A DNA stretch of 64,000 nucleotides, from the NCBI GenBank assembly GCA_964518305.1, contig CAZFDK010000006.1:22618-86617 (forward strand), in the 5' to 3' direction. The notes beneath the pieces are model-generated. The model saw nothing but the letters and a program-made list of their open reading frames with translations, was not told where the DNA came from and ran no database searches. The translations under genes were made by a program, and so were the position numbers. This stretch comes from an uncultured Gemmatimonadota bacterium (GTDB taxonomy: Bacteria; Gemmatimonadota; Gemmatimonadetes; Palauibacterales; Palauibacteraceae). This document shows positions 9,565 to 17,814 of the stretch, piece by piece (the stretch's first letter is position 1; every line of letters begins with the position of its first letter).

Positions 9565-10455
9565 TCACCTCACTCCTGTCGCTTCTTCCGTCGCTGCTCC
9601 GGCCGCCGGCTGTCGCTCGTCCTCCGGCCGCTCTCCCTCGGAGAACTGGGCGCCGTCCACCCAGCCCAGGGCGTCGGTCGGGCAGCTTCCGGTGAGCCCG
9701 GGCTCCGCCAGCTCGTTCTTCTCGTAATCGATGACGGCCAGCCCGTCCTCCATGGTGATCAGGTCGTCGGGCGCGTCCCGGGCGCACCGGGCGCAGCCGT
9801 CGCAGGCCACCGCGCAGACGGCGGTGGCCGAGTCGCCTTCGAGCAGGCTCCGGCACTCGACGATCAGCTTCTGCTCCGTGGGCATGATGGTGAACAGGTC
9901 CAGCGGGCAGGCCTCGACGCAGTCCTCGCACGCCGTGCACAGCTCGGGATCGACCACCGGGAGGTCGTTCTCGTTCATCCGGATCGCGTCGAAGTCGCAG
10001 GCCACGGCGCAGTCCCCCAGGCCGACGCAGCCCCAGGGGCAGGCCTTGCCGCCGCCGGTCACCGCCACCGCGGCGGCGCAGCTCTCCGCGCCCTCGTAGT
10101 CGACCTTCCGGGGGGCCACGTCCGAGCCCCCCTTGCAGAGGAGCCGGGCCACCCGGTCCCGCGCCTCGCCGGCCTCGAGCTCCAGCTCCGCGGCCAGGAG
10201 CTCCCGCTCCTCCGCGGACATGTTGGTGCAGTCGGCCGGGTCCACCTCGCCCTCGACCAGGGCCTCCGCGAACGCGCGGCAGCCGGGCTCGCCACAGGCG
10301 CCGCAGTCGGTGCCGGGGAGCATATCCTCGGCCTCGTCGATTCGCGGGTCCTCCCAGACCCAGAACACCCGGTTCACCACGGCGATGGCGGTACCCAGGA
10401 CGAAACCGATGCCTCCCAGGATGCTCGCGGGGAGGAAGATCGACGTCAGCTCCAC
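9565..10455 (-). CDS. rnfB: Rnf complex subunit B (RnfB; membrane-anchored polyferredoxin)
   Basis: It has an N-terminal TM helix (ILGGIGFVLGTAIAVV) and an RnfB-type Cys cluster (DCGACGEPGCRAFAEAL...ADC). Downstream are CPWGCVGLGDCAVAC and CTACEDCVEACP 4Fe-4S motifs. The start is GTG, with GGAGG 6 nt upstream. Confidence 0.85.
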   Translation of the reverse strand: MELTSIFLPASILGGIGFVLGTAIAVVNRVFWVWEDPRIDEAEDMLPGTDCGACGEPGCRAFAEALVEGEVDPADCTNMSAEERELLAAELELEAGEARDRVARLLCKGGSDVAPRKVDYEGAESCAAAVAVTGGGKACPWGCVGLGDCAVACDFDAIRMNENDLPVVDPELCTACEDCVEACPLDLFTIMPTEQKLIVECRSLLEGDSATAVCAVACDGCARCARDAPDDLITMEDGLAVIDYEKNELAEPGLTGSCPTDALGWVDGAQFSEGERPEDERQPAAGAATEEATGVR

Positions 10456-10509
10456 GGCGACCTCCGTGTTCGGGCTCCGCTCTCCGCTCGGCGTTCGGGT
10501 CGCATGGGA

Positions 10510-11532
10510 TCAGCCCTCCAGGTCCTCGAGGCCGGACTGGCGGAGGAGCCAGCCGGCCAGGCGGTCCGCCGGGTCGGCCTCCTCGGCCTCGTGGCCGGGA
10601 GGACCTCCGTTCTCCGAGGCGTCGGCGACATCGGCTGCCAGCGCCAGGGCGCGGAGCTGGGCGAGCTCCTCGGCCTGCTGGCTCCGGGTGGCAGAGCCCA
10701 CCGGGCGCAGGTGGTCCTCTTCGGGCAGGTGCTCCACGGAGAGCCGCGCGGAGAGGGACGCCTCGGACACGGGACGGTGGACGAAGCGCGCCGCGCTCTC
10801 GGCTCCCCCGGGCACGAGCGCTGCCACCCCCGGTCCGTCGTGCGCCCGGAGGGGGGCGAGGTCGTCCGGGTCGTCCGACTGGACGACCAGGGTGCCCGGG
10901 GTGATCAGGCGGACCAGGGGAGCCGCGGGGGACTGACCCTCCACCACCAGCACGAGCTTGAGGCTGCCGTCCATGACCTCGGCCAGCCCACCCGGCCGGA
11001 GTGCTTCGCCCGGGAGGCGGATCACCAGCGGCGGCGCGACCCGGCGCTCCTGCGCGTTCCACATGGCCGGGGGGAAGTCCTCCAGGTAGCCGGCGTGTGC
11101 GTCCTGCCGGAAGCGGCCCGATCGCGCCAGCTCCACGGTTCGTGCCGCGCCGAAGGCCCGCCCCGCGCGGGCCAGGGCGGCCGCGGCCTCGTCCCGGAGG
11201 TCGTCGTCGGCCCCGAGGTCCAGGCGGAAGAGCTCCTCGCCGGAGCGGTGGACCTCCTGCAGGACTTCGCGGGCCCGCTCCACCAGATCGACGGTCCCGG
11301 GATCCAGTCCGCCGGTCTCCTCCAGGACGCTGGCGAAGCGCTCCGGATCGATCCGTCCCTCGGCCAGCTGGCCCAAGGAGGAATCCCGTCGGCGCTCGTC
11401 CCCCGCGGGTACGCGCTGCTCCTCCAGGAGGCCTCCGACCTCGTCCACGGCTCCGGCGACGGCCGACCGGAACGCCTCGCGGTCCTCGGCCACGGCTTCG
11501 AGCGCTCGCTGCACCCGATCGTCAGACGGCAT
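10510..11532 (-). CDS. Hypothetical protein (340 aa, acidic, Cys-free) embedded between korB and rnfB
   Basis: The ORF has non-repetitive, coding-like composition and high GC3. Its ATG overlaps the korB stop region by 11 nt. I recognise no family motif. Confidence 0.6.
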   Translation of the reverse strand: MPSDDRVQRALEAVAEDREAFRSAVAGAVDEVGGLLEEQRVPAGDERRRDSSLGQLAEGRIDPERFASVLEETGGLDPGTVDLVERAREVLQEVHRSGEELFRLDLGADDDLRDEAAAALARAGRAFGAARTVELARSGRFRQDAHAGYLEDFPPAMWNAQERRVAPPLVIRLPGEALRPGGLAEVMDGSLKLVLVVEGQSPAAPLVRLITPGTLVVQSDDPDDLAPLRAHDGPGVAALVPGGAESAARFVHRPVSEASLSARLSVEHLPEEDHLRPVGSATRSQQAEELAQLRALALAADVADASENGGPPGHEAEEADPADRLAGWLLRQSGLEDLEG

Positions 11533-12490
11533 GGCGGTCCAGCTCCTCCTCCAGGGTCTCCACTCTCTCCTCGGCCGATCGGCGGGGCACCGATCGGATC
11601 TGGTCGTAGGCCGGGCGGGACTCGTCCCGGAAGTAGACGCCGAGTCGGATCCGTTCCCGGTCCTCCCCCTCCTCCTCGGCCAGCCGCCGGGCGAAGTCCA
11701 GGTCGCCCGGCTCGTGCCGGCGCTGGTGCTCGTAGATCTCCGAGAGTCCGCCCTCGGCCTCCACGCCGTCCGGGTGCACCAGCAGCTCGATCCGGTCCGG
11801 GTCCCGGACGGCGTCCAGGAACATCTCCTCGGTGTAGTGGGGGCAGCGCTGGAGGATGCGGACGAAGGCGAAGCCCTCGTGGTGGTAGGCGGCCTCCAGG
11901 GTAGCGTCGAGGTGCTGGGGCACCCATTCGGCCGTCTGCGCCACGAAGGACACGTTGCTCACCCCGAGGGTGGCGGTGAGCGGGTTCATGGCGGGGAGGA
12001 AGGTTCCCTGGGGCTGAGTGTTGGTCTGGTAGCCCCGGGGCGTGGTGGGGGAGGTCTGCTTCTTCGTCAGGCCGTAGATGTGGTTGTCGAACATCATGGC
12101 GACCATGTCCGTGTTGTAGCGGGTCGCGTGGATCCAGTGCCCGGCGCCGATGGAGACGCAGTCGCCGTCCCCCATCACGGCGAAGACGTCCAGGTCCGGC
12201 CGGTGGAGCTTGACGCCGGTGGCCACGGGCAGGGCGCGCCCGTGGATGGCGTGAAAGCCGTAGGTGTCGATGTGATGCGGGAAGCGGCCGGAGCAGCCGA
12301 TGCCCGACACCACCACCGTCTCCTCGGGGGCGATCTGCTCGTTCTTGAGGAGCCGCTCGGTGGCGGCCAGAATCGAGTGGTCACCGCATCCGGGGCACCA
12401 CCGGGCCTGCGGCCCTTCGTAGTCCTCCATCTCGAGGACCTGGTCCTGCTCCCGGGCTCGCCGGAGCAGGGAGCATCCTTGCGTTCTCAT
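11522..12490 (-). CDS. korB: 2-oxoglutarate/2-oxoacid:ferredoxin oxidoreductase, beta subunit (KorB-type, TPP-binding)
   Basis: This is the real C-terminal part of track ORF 11522..14293. Motifs are WCPGCGDH, SGIGCSGRF, GDGDCVSIGAGH and YGLTKKQTSPTT. The ATG at 12488-12490 overlaps the korA stop (ATGA). Confidence 0.9.
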   Translation of the reverse strand: MRTQGCSLLRRAREQDQVLEMEDYEGPQARWCPGCGDHSILAATERLLKNEQIAPEETVVVSGIGCSGRFPHHIDTYGFHAIHGRALPVATGVKLHRPDLDVFAVMGDGDCVSIGAGHWIHATRYNTDMVAMMFDNHIYGLTKKQTSPTTPRGYQTNTQPQGTFLPAMNPLTATLGVSNVSFVAQTAEWVPQHLDATLEAAYHHEGFAFVRILQRCPHYTEEMFLDAVRDPDRIELLVHPDGVEAEGGLSEIYEHQRRHEPGDLDFARRLAEEEGEDRERIRLGVYFRDESRPAYDQIRSVPRRSAEERVETLEEELDRHAV

Positions 12491-14418
12491 CCGTTTCCTC
12501 CGTCCGTGGCGGCTCGGGACTCGTCGAGAAGGCGGTCGCGAATCGCCCCGTGGACCTGCATGGGGCGGAGCGGCTCCGTGAGCACTTTGCTCCAGCTGTC
12601 CACGTCGACCAGCGTCGTGGAGCGGAGCAGGGTCGCGAGCTGTCCCCGCCGGCGGTTCTCCTCTGTGATGTAGGGGTCGTCGACGTCGTCGCTGTAGTTG
12701 ATCTCGGCCGTCATCACCCGATCGAAGCGGTCGAAGATCTCGCCGAGCCCCGGCGGGAGGGGCGAGAGGAAGGTCAGGTGCAGCGAGGAGACCGAGAGGC
12801 CCTCCTCGCGGGCCCGGTCCACGGCCTCCTCGATGGCCCCCTTCGTGCTCCCCCACCCGACGACCAGGAGATCGCCCGAGTCGTCGCCGTGGACCTCGGG
12901 CGGCGTCAGGGTGCTCTGGAGGACGGCCAGCTTGCGGCTCCGCATCTCGGAGGCGTGCTGGTTCAGGTCGTAGTCGTAGGCGACGACGCTCTCCTCGTCG
13001 TGGGCGAGTCCCGTGGCGGAGAACTGACCGCCGGACTGGCCCGGCACGAAGCGCTGGGACAGGCCCGTCCGCTCGTTCCAGTCGTAGGGCGGCTTGTCCT
13101 CCGGTACCGGGCTCTGATCGGGCGGGGTCCCCTGCCAGGCGGTCTCCGGTTCCGGCCGGGGGAACGGCTGCACGCCGCGACCCAGGTTCGCGTCGGAGAG
13201 GATCATGACCACGGCCCGGAAGGTCTCGGCGATGCGGCGGGCGGTGATCATCGCGTGGAAGCAGTCCTCGATGGTGGCCGGGGCGATCACCACGTGGGGC
13301 GCGTCGCCCGGCTGTCCGTACAGGGCCGCCAGGAGGTCGGACTGCTCCACGCGGGTGGGAAGGCCCGTGCTCGGCCCGCCGCGCTGCACGTCGACCAGGA
13401 CCAGCGGCGTCTCCGTCATGATGGCCAGGCCCAGGAACTCGGTCTTCAGCGCCACTCCCGGTCCGGACGTGAAGGTGACGGCGGGCTTGCCGGAGAAGGA
13501 GGCTCCGACCGCGACGCCGGCCGCGGCGATTTCGTCCTCCGCCTGATGGAGGGTCCCACCGTAGTCCTCGAAGATCCGCCCCAGGTAGTGGGAGATGGAC
13601 GACGCCGGCGTGATGGGATACATGGAGGCCAGCTCGAACCCGGCGGCCACCGTCCCGAGCGCCACCGCCTGGTTGCCGTTCATCACCACCTTCTCGCCTT
13701 CGTCGGCAGTGGGCGGGACCTCGATCCGGAAGGGCAGGTTCTCCTCGGCCCACTCGAGGCCGCGATGGAGGAGGGCGACGTTGCTCTCGGTGATGGTGTC
13801 CGCTTTGTGGGCGAACTTCCGGGCGATGGCGTCTTCGATGAGGTCGACGTCCCGCTCGTAGGCGTGGGCCAGGAGGCCGAGGACGAACATGTTCTTGCCC
13901 TTCCGGGGGTCCTCGACCACCTCGAGGCACTCCTCCTCCATGGGAACCCGGACGATCCGGTAGTCGGACTCCGACAGCTCCTCCATGGCGGCGTCCCACT
14001 CCTCCCGCACCTCCTCGTCGTCGTGGTCCGCCCACATGTCCTCGATGAGGATCGTGGCGTCCTCGGCCAGCACGCCGAGGCGGTGACGGGACAGGAGGAC
14101 CTGCTCGTTGAAGGCCACCACGAGGTCGCTGTAGTCCCCCCAGTTGGTGACCTCCTCCGAGCCCAGCCGGATGCGGTTGCCGGAAGCGCCGGCGGGAGTT
14201 CGGGCGGGGGGCTCGATCTCGGCGGGGATGATCTCCACGGACCAGACGCCGTTGCCCATGCGGGCTGAGACGGTTCCGAAGATGCGCCCGCACGTCTGGG
14301 CGCCTTCCCCGGAGTCGGAGACGACCTCCACCGTATGGTGATCGGTGCGGAGCGTCTCCCCCTCGGTGAGTACGGACGCGGAGTCGGCAGACCGGGAGGT
14401 GGTCGAGTGAGGTGTCAT
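12487..14418 (-). CDS. korA: 2-oxoglutarate/2-oxoacid:ferredoxin oxidoreductase, alpha subunit (KorA-type, fused gamma+alpha)
   Basis: Motifs are GEGAQTCG (gamma-like), NGNQAVALG, and YPITPASSI...DEIAAAGVAVGASFSGKPAVTFTSGPG. I chose the internal ATG at 14418 (MTPHSTT...). The 48-aa track extension upstream is low quality. Confidence 0.9.
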   Translation of the reverse strand: MTPHSTTSRSADSASVLTEGETLRTDHHTVEVVSDSGEGAQTCGRIFGTVSARMGNGVWSVEIIPAEIEPPARTPAGASGNRIRLGSEEVTNWGDYSDLVVAFNEQVLLSRHRLGVLAEDATILIEDMWADHDDEEVREEWDAAMEELSESDYRIVRVPMEEECLEVVEDPRKGKNMFVLGLLAHAYERDVDLIEDAIARKFAHKADTITESNVALLHRGLEWAEENLPFRIEVPPTADEGEKVVMNGNQAVALGTVAAGFELASMYPITPASSISHYLGRIFEDYGGTLHQAEDEIAAAGVAVGASFSGKPAVTFTSGPGVALKTEFLGLAIMTETPLVLVDVQRGGPSTGLPTRVEQSDLLAALYGQPGDAPHVVIAPATIEDCFHAMITARRIAETFRAVVMILSDANLGRGVQPFPRPEPETAWQGTPPDQSPVPEDKPPYDWNERTGLSQRFVPGQSGGQFSATGLAHDEESVVAYDYDLNQHASEMRSRKLAVLQSTLTPPEVHGDDSGDLLVVGWGSTKGAIEEAVDRAREEGLSVSSLHLTFLSPLPPGLGEIFDRFDRVMTAEINYSDDVDDPYITEENRRRGQLATLLRSTTLVDVDSWSKVLTEPLRPMQVHGAIRDRLLDESRAATDGGNG

Positions 14419-14675
14419 GGCCGTACCTCTTCTATGGATGGGCCGGGCCGTTCTCAGCCCGTCACGCCACAACTTCTTGGGGTGTCCACGCAGCGGCTGT
14501 CCGCAGGTTTCCGTACAGGAGCGTGGGGCAGGAGCGTAGAGGAGAGTGGGGACATTCCCCACACTCAGGGGCCCGGGCTCGTTCGCGAGAGTCCGGCGGA
14601 CGCTCCATTTTGGGCGCCGAGATCGTCCGTGAACCCGATCCGTCGACCCCGATCCCCGGGAGGACGCCCGTCACC

Positions 14676-15848
14676 GTGACCGACCCCGAGGCGTACGTCG
14701 ATCCGGAGGACACCCTCCGTCTCCTCCGCGACCTGGTCCGCATCGACTCGGTCAACCCCCGGCTCGTCGACGGCGCCGCCGGGGAGGCGGAGGTCGCGGC
14801 CTACGTGGCCGGCGAGCTCCGGGACGCCGGCCTGGAAGTCGAGACCAGGGAGGCGACGCCGGGTCGGGTCTCCGTGGTGGGCCGCCTCCGGGGAGAGATG
14901 GGGCCCGGCCCCTCGTTCATGCTCAACGCCCACACGGACACGGTGGGGGTGGCGGGCATGGACGATCCCTTCTCGGCCGACGTCCGGGACGGTCGCCTGC
15001 ACGGACGCGGCGCGTACGACATGAAGGGCGGGCTGGCCGCGTGCATGGCGGCGGCGAAGGCCCTGGCGGCGGCCGATGCGCCCTTCCCGGGCGAGCTGCT
15101 GGTGGCCGCGGTGGCCGACGAGGAGCACAGCAGCGTGGGAACCGCCGACGTGCTCACCGATTACAGCGCCGACGCCGCGGTGGTCACCGAGCCCACGGAG
15201 CTCGACCTGTGCACGGCTCACAAGGGCTTCGCGTGGCTGGAGGTGGAGACCGCGGGGCGTGCCGCCCACGGCAGCCGGTTCGAGGTCGGGCGCGACGCGA
15301 ACATGCGCATGGGTCGGGTGCTGTCGGAGCTGGAGCAGCTGGAGCGGGAGGTGCGGTCTCGCGAGCCCCACCCGCTGCTCGGCCCGCCGTCGCTGCACGC
15401 TCCGCTCCTGCGGGGAGGGAAGGGGATCAGCACCTACGCGGACCGCTGCACGCTCCGGATCGAGCGGCGGACGGTGCCCGGCGAGACCGGGGACCAGGTG
15501 GCCGGCGAGGTGGACGCGATCCTGGAGGAGCTGCGGGAGGCGCCCGATTTCGAGGCCAGCCTGGCCACGCTCCTCGTTCGGAACCCCTTCGAGGTCGACG
15601 CCGACGCCGGCGTGGTCCGCGCCCTCGAGGACGCCTCGGAGCGAGTACTCGGGAGCACCCCGGAGCACGTGGGGGAGAATCCCTGGATGGACTCCGCGCT
15701 GCTGGCCGACGCCGGTATCGAGACGGCGGTGATGGGCCCCCGTGGTAGCGGCGCCCACGCCGACGAGGAGTGGGTCGAGGTGGAGTCAGTCGTCGACCTG
15801 GCGCGGATCCTCTCCGTCGCCGCGGCCGGCTACCTGGGCAGGGACTGA
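14676..15848 (+). CDS. M20 family metallopeptidase (ArgE/DapE/ACY1/YgeY-like amidohydrolase)
   Basis: Motifs are NAHTDTVGV, GRGAYDMKGG and ADEEHSS, plus the C-terminal GPRGSGAHADEEWV. The start is uncertain: GTG at 14676 or TTG at 14610. The track N-terminus from 14412 is spurious. Confidence 0.8.
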   Translation: MTDPEAYVDPEDTLRLLRDLVRIDSVNPRLVDGAAGEAEVAAYVAGELRDAGLEVETREATPGRVSVVGRLRGEMGPGPSFMLNAHTDTVGVAGMDDPFSADVRDGRLHGRGAYDMKGGLAACMAAAKALAAADAPFPGELLVAAVADEEHSSVGTADVLTDYSADAAVVTEPTELDLCTAHKGFAWLEVETAGRAAHGSRFEVGRDANMRMGRVLSELEQLEREVRSREPHPLLGPPSLHAPLLRGGKGISTYADRCTLRIERRTVPGETGDQVAGEVDAILEELREAPDFEASLATLLVRNPFEVDADAGVVRALEDASERVLGSTPEHVGENPWMDSALLADAGIETAVMGPRGSGAHADEEWVEVESVVDLARILSVAAAGYLGRD

Positions 15849-15864
15849 GGGGGACCGCGCGAGC

Positions 15865-17157
15865 GTGCCGCCTCTCGATCTGCCGGCGCCGGTCGGCGAC
15901 GTGGTCCGCAACGAGGACGTGGAATCGGGCTTCTATCCCGGAGAGTTGCGCCGGATTCTGAGCCTCGAGGCCCACGAGACGGCGTACCGGGAGATCGGCT
16001 CGTGGCCCGACTACGCGCCCACCCCCCTCCACCGGCTGTCCGACCTGGCGGAGCGGGCGGAGCTGGGCGGTCTGTGGTACAAGGACGAGTCGGAGCGCTT
16101 CGGGATCGGGAGCTTCAAGAGCCTCGGCGGGGCCTACGGCGTGTTCCGGGTCCTGGAGGCGCGGATCCGGGCGGCCCTCGAGAGCGGCGATGCGCGTCCG
16201 CTGGACGGCTCCGGCGGCTCACGGCGGCGCACGGGACGCGGGAGGGTGCCGGGCCGGCCCCGGGGGGAGCACCGGCGCCCGTCGCCGGGAAAGAAGCTGG
16301 CGGTCTCCTCCGAGCAGCTCCGTGCCGGAGTGCATGCAGACCTGGTCTCCGGGATCACCGTGATGTGCGCCTCGGCCGGCAATCACGGCCAGTCGGTCGC
16401 CTGGGGGGCGGAGCAATTCGGCTGCGACTGCGTCGTCTACGTGCCGGCGGCTACGGAGGACGCCCGGGTGGAGTCCATCGAGGACCACGGGGCGCGGGTG
16501 ATCCGCGTCGAGGGCGGATACGACGCCGCCCTCTCGCGGGCCTCGGAGGAGGCGGGTGAGGACGCGGACCGGATCGTGGTCTCCGACACCGCCTACGACG
16601 GCCACACCGAGGTGCCCCGCGTCGTGATGCAGGGCTACACGGTGCTGGTCCGCGAGGTGCTGGCTCAGCTCCCCACGGGGGTCCGGCCCACCCACGTGTT
16701 CCTCCAGGCCGGCGTCGGCGGGTTCGCCGCCGCCGTTACGGCCCACCTCTGGCAGGCCCTGGGGCCGGATCGACCGCCCGTGGCCGTCGTGGAGGCGTCC
16801 GACGCCGACTGTCTCCGCCGGAGCGTACGGGAGGGGCGTCGGGTGGAGCTGGAGGAGGTGCCGGAGACGGAGATGGGCGGCATGGCGTGCCGGGCCCCGT
16901 CCCGGCTGGCCTGGCCCGTACTCCGCCGTGGCGCGCACTGGTTCATGGCCGTCTCCGACGAGACGTCCCGGGTCGCCTCGCGACTCCTGGCCGATCCCGC
17001 CGGCGGCGACCCGTCCCCGGCGGCCGGTCCCTCCGGGTCCGCCGGCCTCGCCGGCGCCCTCTCGGGCGGCGCCCACGCGCCGTCGCGGGGGATCCTCGAG
17101 ATGCGGCGCGACTCCCGGGTGCTGGTGGTGGGCACCGAGGGGCCGGCGCGGAGCTAG
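15865..17157 (+). CDS. dpaL: Diaminopropionate ammonia-lyase (PLP-dependent, YgeX/DpaL-like)
   Basis: Motifs are WYKDESERFGIGSFKSLGGAYGV (PLP lysine context), ASAGNHGQSVAWGA and the VMQGYTV region. A GTG start at 15865 lies 16 nt after the M20 stop. The protein contains an unusual Arg-rich insertion (see findings). Confidence 0.75.
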   Translation: MPPLDLPAPVGDVVRNEDVESGFYPGELRRILSLEAHETAYREIGSWPDYAPTPLHRLSDLAERAELGGLWYKDESERFGIGSFKSLGGAYGVFRVLEARIRAALESGDARPLDGSGGSRRRTGRGRVPGRPRGEHRRPSPGKKLAVSSEQLRAGVHADLVSGITVMCASAGNHGQSVAWGAEQFGCDCVVYVPAATEDARVESIEDHGARVIRVEGGYDAALSRASEEAGEDADRIVVSDTAYDGHTEVPRVVMQGYTVLVREVLAQLPTGVRPTHVFLQAGVGGFAAAVTAHLWQALGPDRPPVAVVEASDADCLRRSVREGRRVELEEVPETEMGGMACRAPSRLAWPVLRRGAHWFMAVSDETSRVASRLLADPAGGDPSPAAGPSGSAGLAGALSGGAHAPSRGILEMRRDSRVLVVGTEGPARS

Positions 17158-17180
17158 GGCGTTGTCCACCTGCAACGAAC

Positions 17181-17210
17181 AACGGGGGGACGCGGCCGCG
17201 TCCCCCCGTT
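17181..17210. terminator. Bidirectional GC-rich hairpin between convergent dpaL and csp
   Basis: A perfect 30-nt palindrome, AACGGGGGGACGCGGCCGCGTCCCCCCGTT, sits in the 73-nt gap between the two stop codons. It is flanked by short T/A runs on both strands. Confidence 0.6.
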
Positions 17211-17230
17211 TCCCCCCGGGTCGTCCGGCG

Positions 17231-17524
17231 CTAGCGGTAGCCGCCCCGGGCGCCGCTTCCGGCACTGCCGCGGCCGGCGCTGTCTCCGCTCCCGGAATCG
17301 CTGCTTCCGCCGGAGCGGACGACGTTCTGGGCCTTCGGCCCCTTGTCGCCCTTAATGACCTCGAACTCCACCGTCTCGCCTTCGTCCAGGCTCTTGAAGC
17401 CGGAGCCCTGGATGGCGCTGTGGTGGACGAAGACGTCGTCCCCCTCGTCGCGCTCGATGAAGCCGTAGCCCTTCTCGTTCGAGAACCACTTCACGGTACC
17501 GGTGCTGCTGCTCATGCTGTTCAC
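17231..17524 (-). CDS. Cold-shock domain protein (CspA family) with a Gly/Ser/Arg-rich C-terminal tail
   Basis: The core reads [31 protein letters not shown] (RNP1/RNP2 motifs). The tail is [27 protein letters not shown]. The start could be 17524 or 17515. Confidence 0.9.
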   Translation of the reverse strand: MNSMSSSTGTVKWFSNEKGYGFIERDEGDDVFVHHSAIQGSGFKSLDEGETVEFEVIKGDKGPKAQNVVRSGGSSDSGSGDSAGRGSAGSGARGGYR

Positions 17525-17786
17525 CTTCTGATGGTAGGGATTCTCCTGCTTTTCGCGTCACCGCTCCAGGCGGTGTAGGTCACACGTCGGCCGCGGGCGA
17601 GGGGTCGTGGGGCCCGTGCGTCGGTCCCGGGAGGGTCGACGCGCAGCTGCAGCTCCCGTACGGTGGAAGGGAAGGTACGCGAGGCGGGTGGGAAGGGCGC
17701 CAAGGACGGGAAGGTCGGGTCTGGCCGGGTCTCTGTCGGATCCTGATTCCGTTCGTTCCGACGACTGAACTGTGTGATCGGCGAGC

Positions 17787-17814
17787 AATATATACGTTGC
17801 GGCCGCATACGCAA
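17787..17814 (-). promoter_or_regulatory. Candidate sigma70-type promoter for csp (TTGCGT-N16-TATATT), overlapped by an 8-bp-stem palindrome
   Basis: On the minus strand the -35 TTGCGT lies at 17809-17814 and the -10 TATATT at 17787-17792. The spacer contains the palindrome ACGTTGCG-N8-CGCAACGT. This implies a ~260-nt 5' UTR. Confidence 0.4.

Noticed and set aside
4425-9695. Very long plus-strand ORFs (4425..6794, 789 aa; 6852..9695, 947 aa) antisense to the PFOR gene
   Set aside because: Their composition is dominated by Arg/Gly/Pro/Ala/Val/His runs with no recognisable motifs. They are the mirror frame of a gene with unambiguous PFOR motifs. Long stop-free antisense frames are expected at ~70% GC.
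1101-14562. N-terminal extensions of track ORFs (e.g. 1101..2789, 1853..3991, 11522..14293, 12487..14562) that would create huge overlaps
   Set aside because: Only the C-terminal portions carry family motifs. The extensions run through the upstream gene in another frame. Internal ATG/GTG starts that form 4-nt overlaps with the upstream stop give protein lengths typical of each family.
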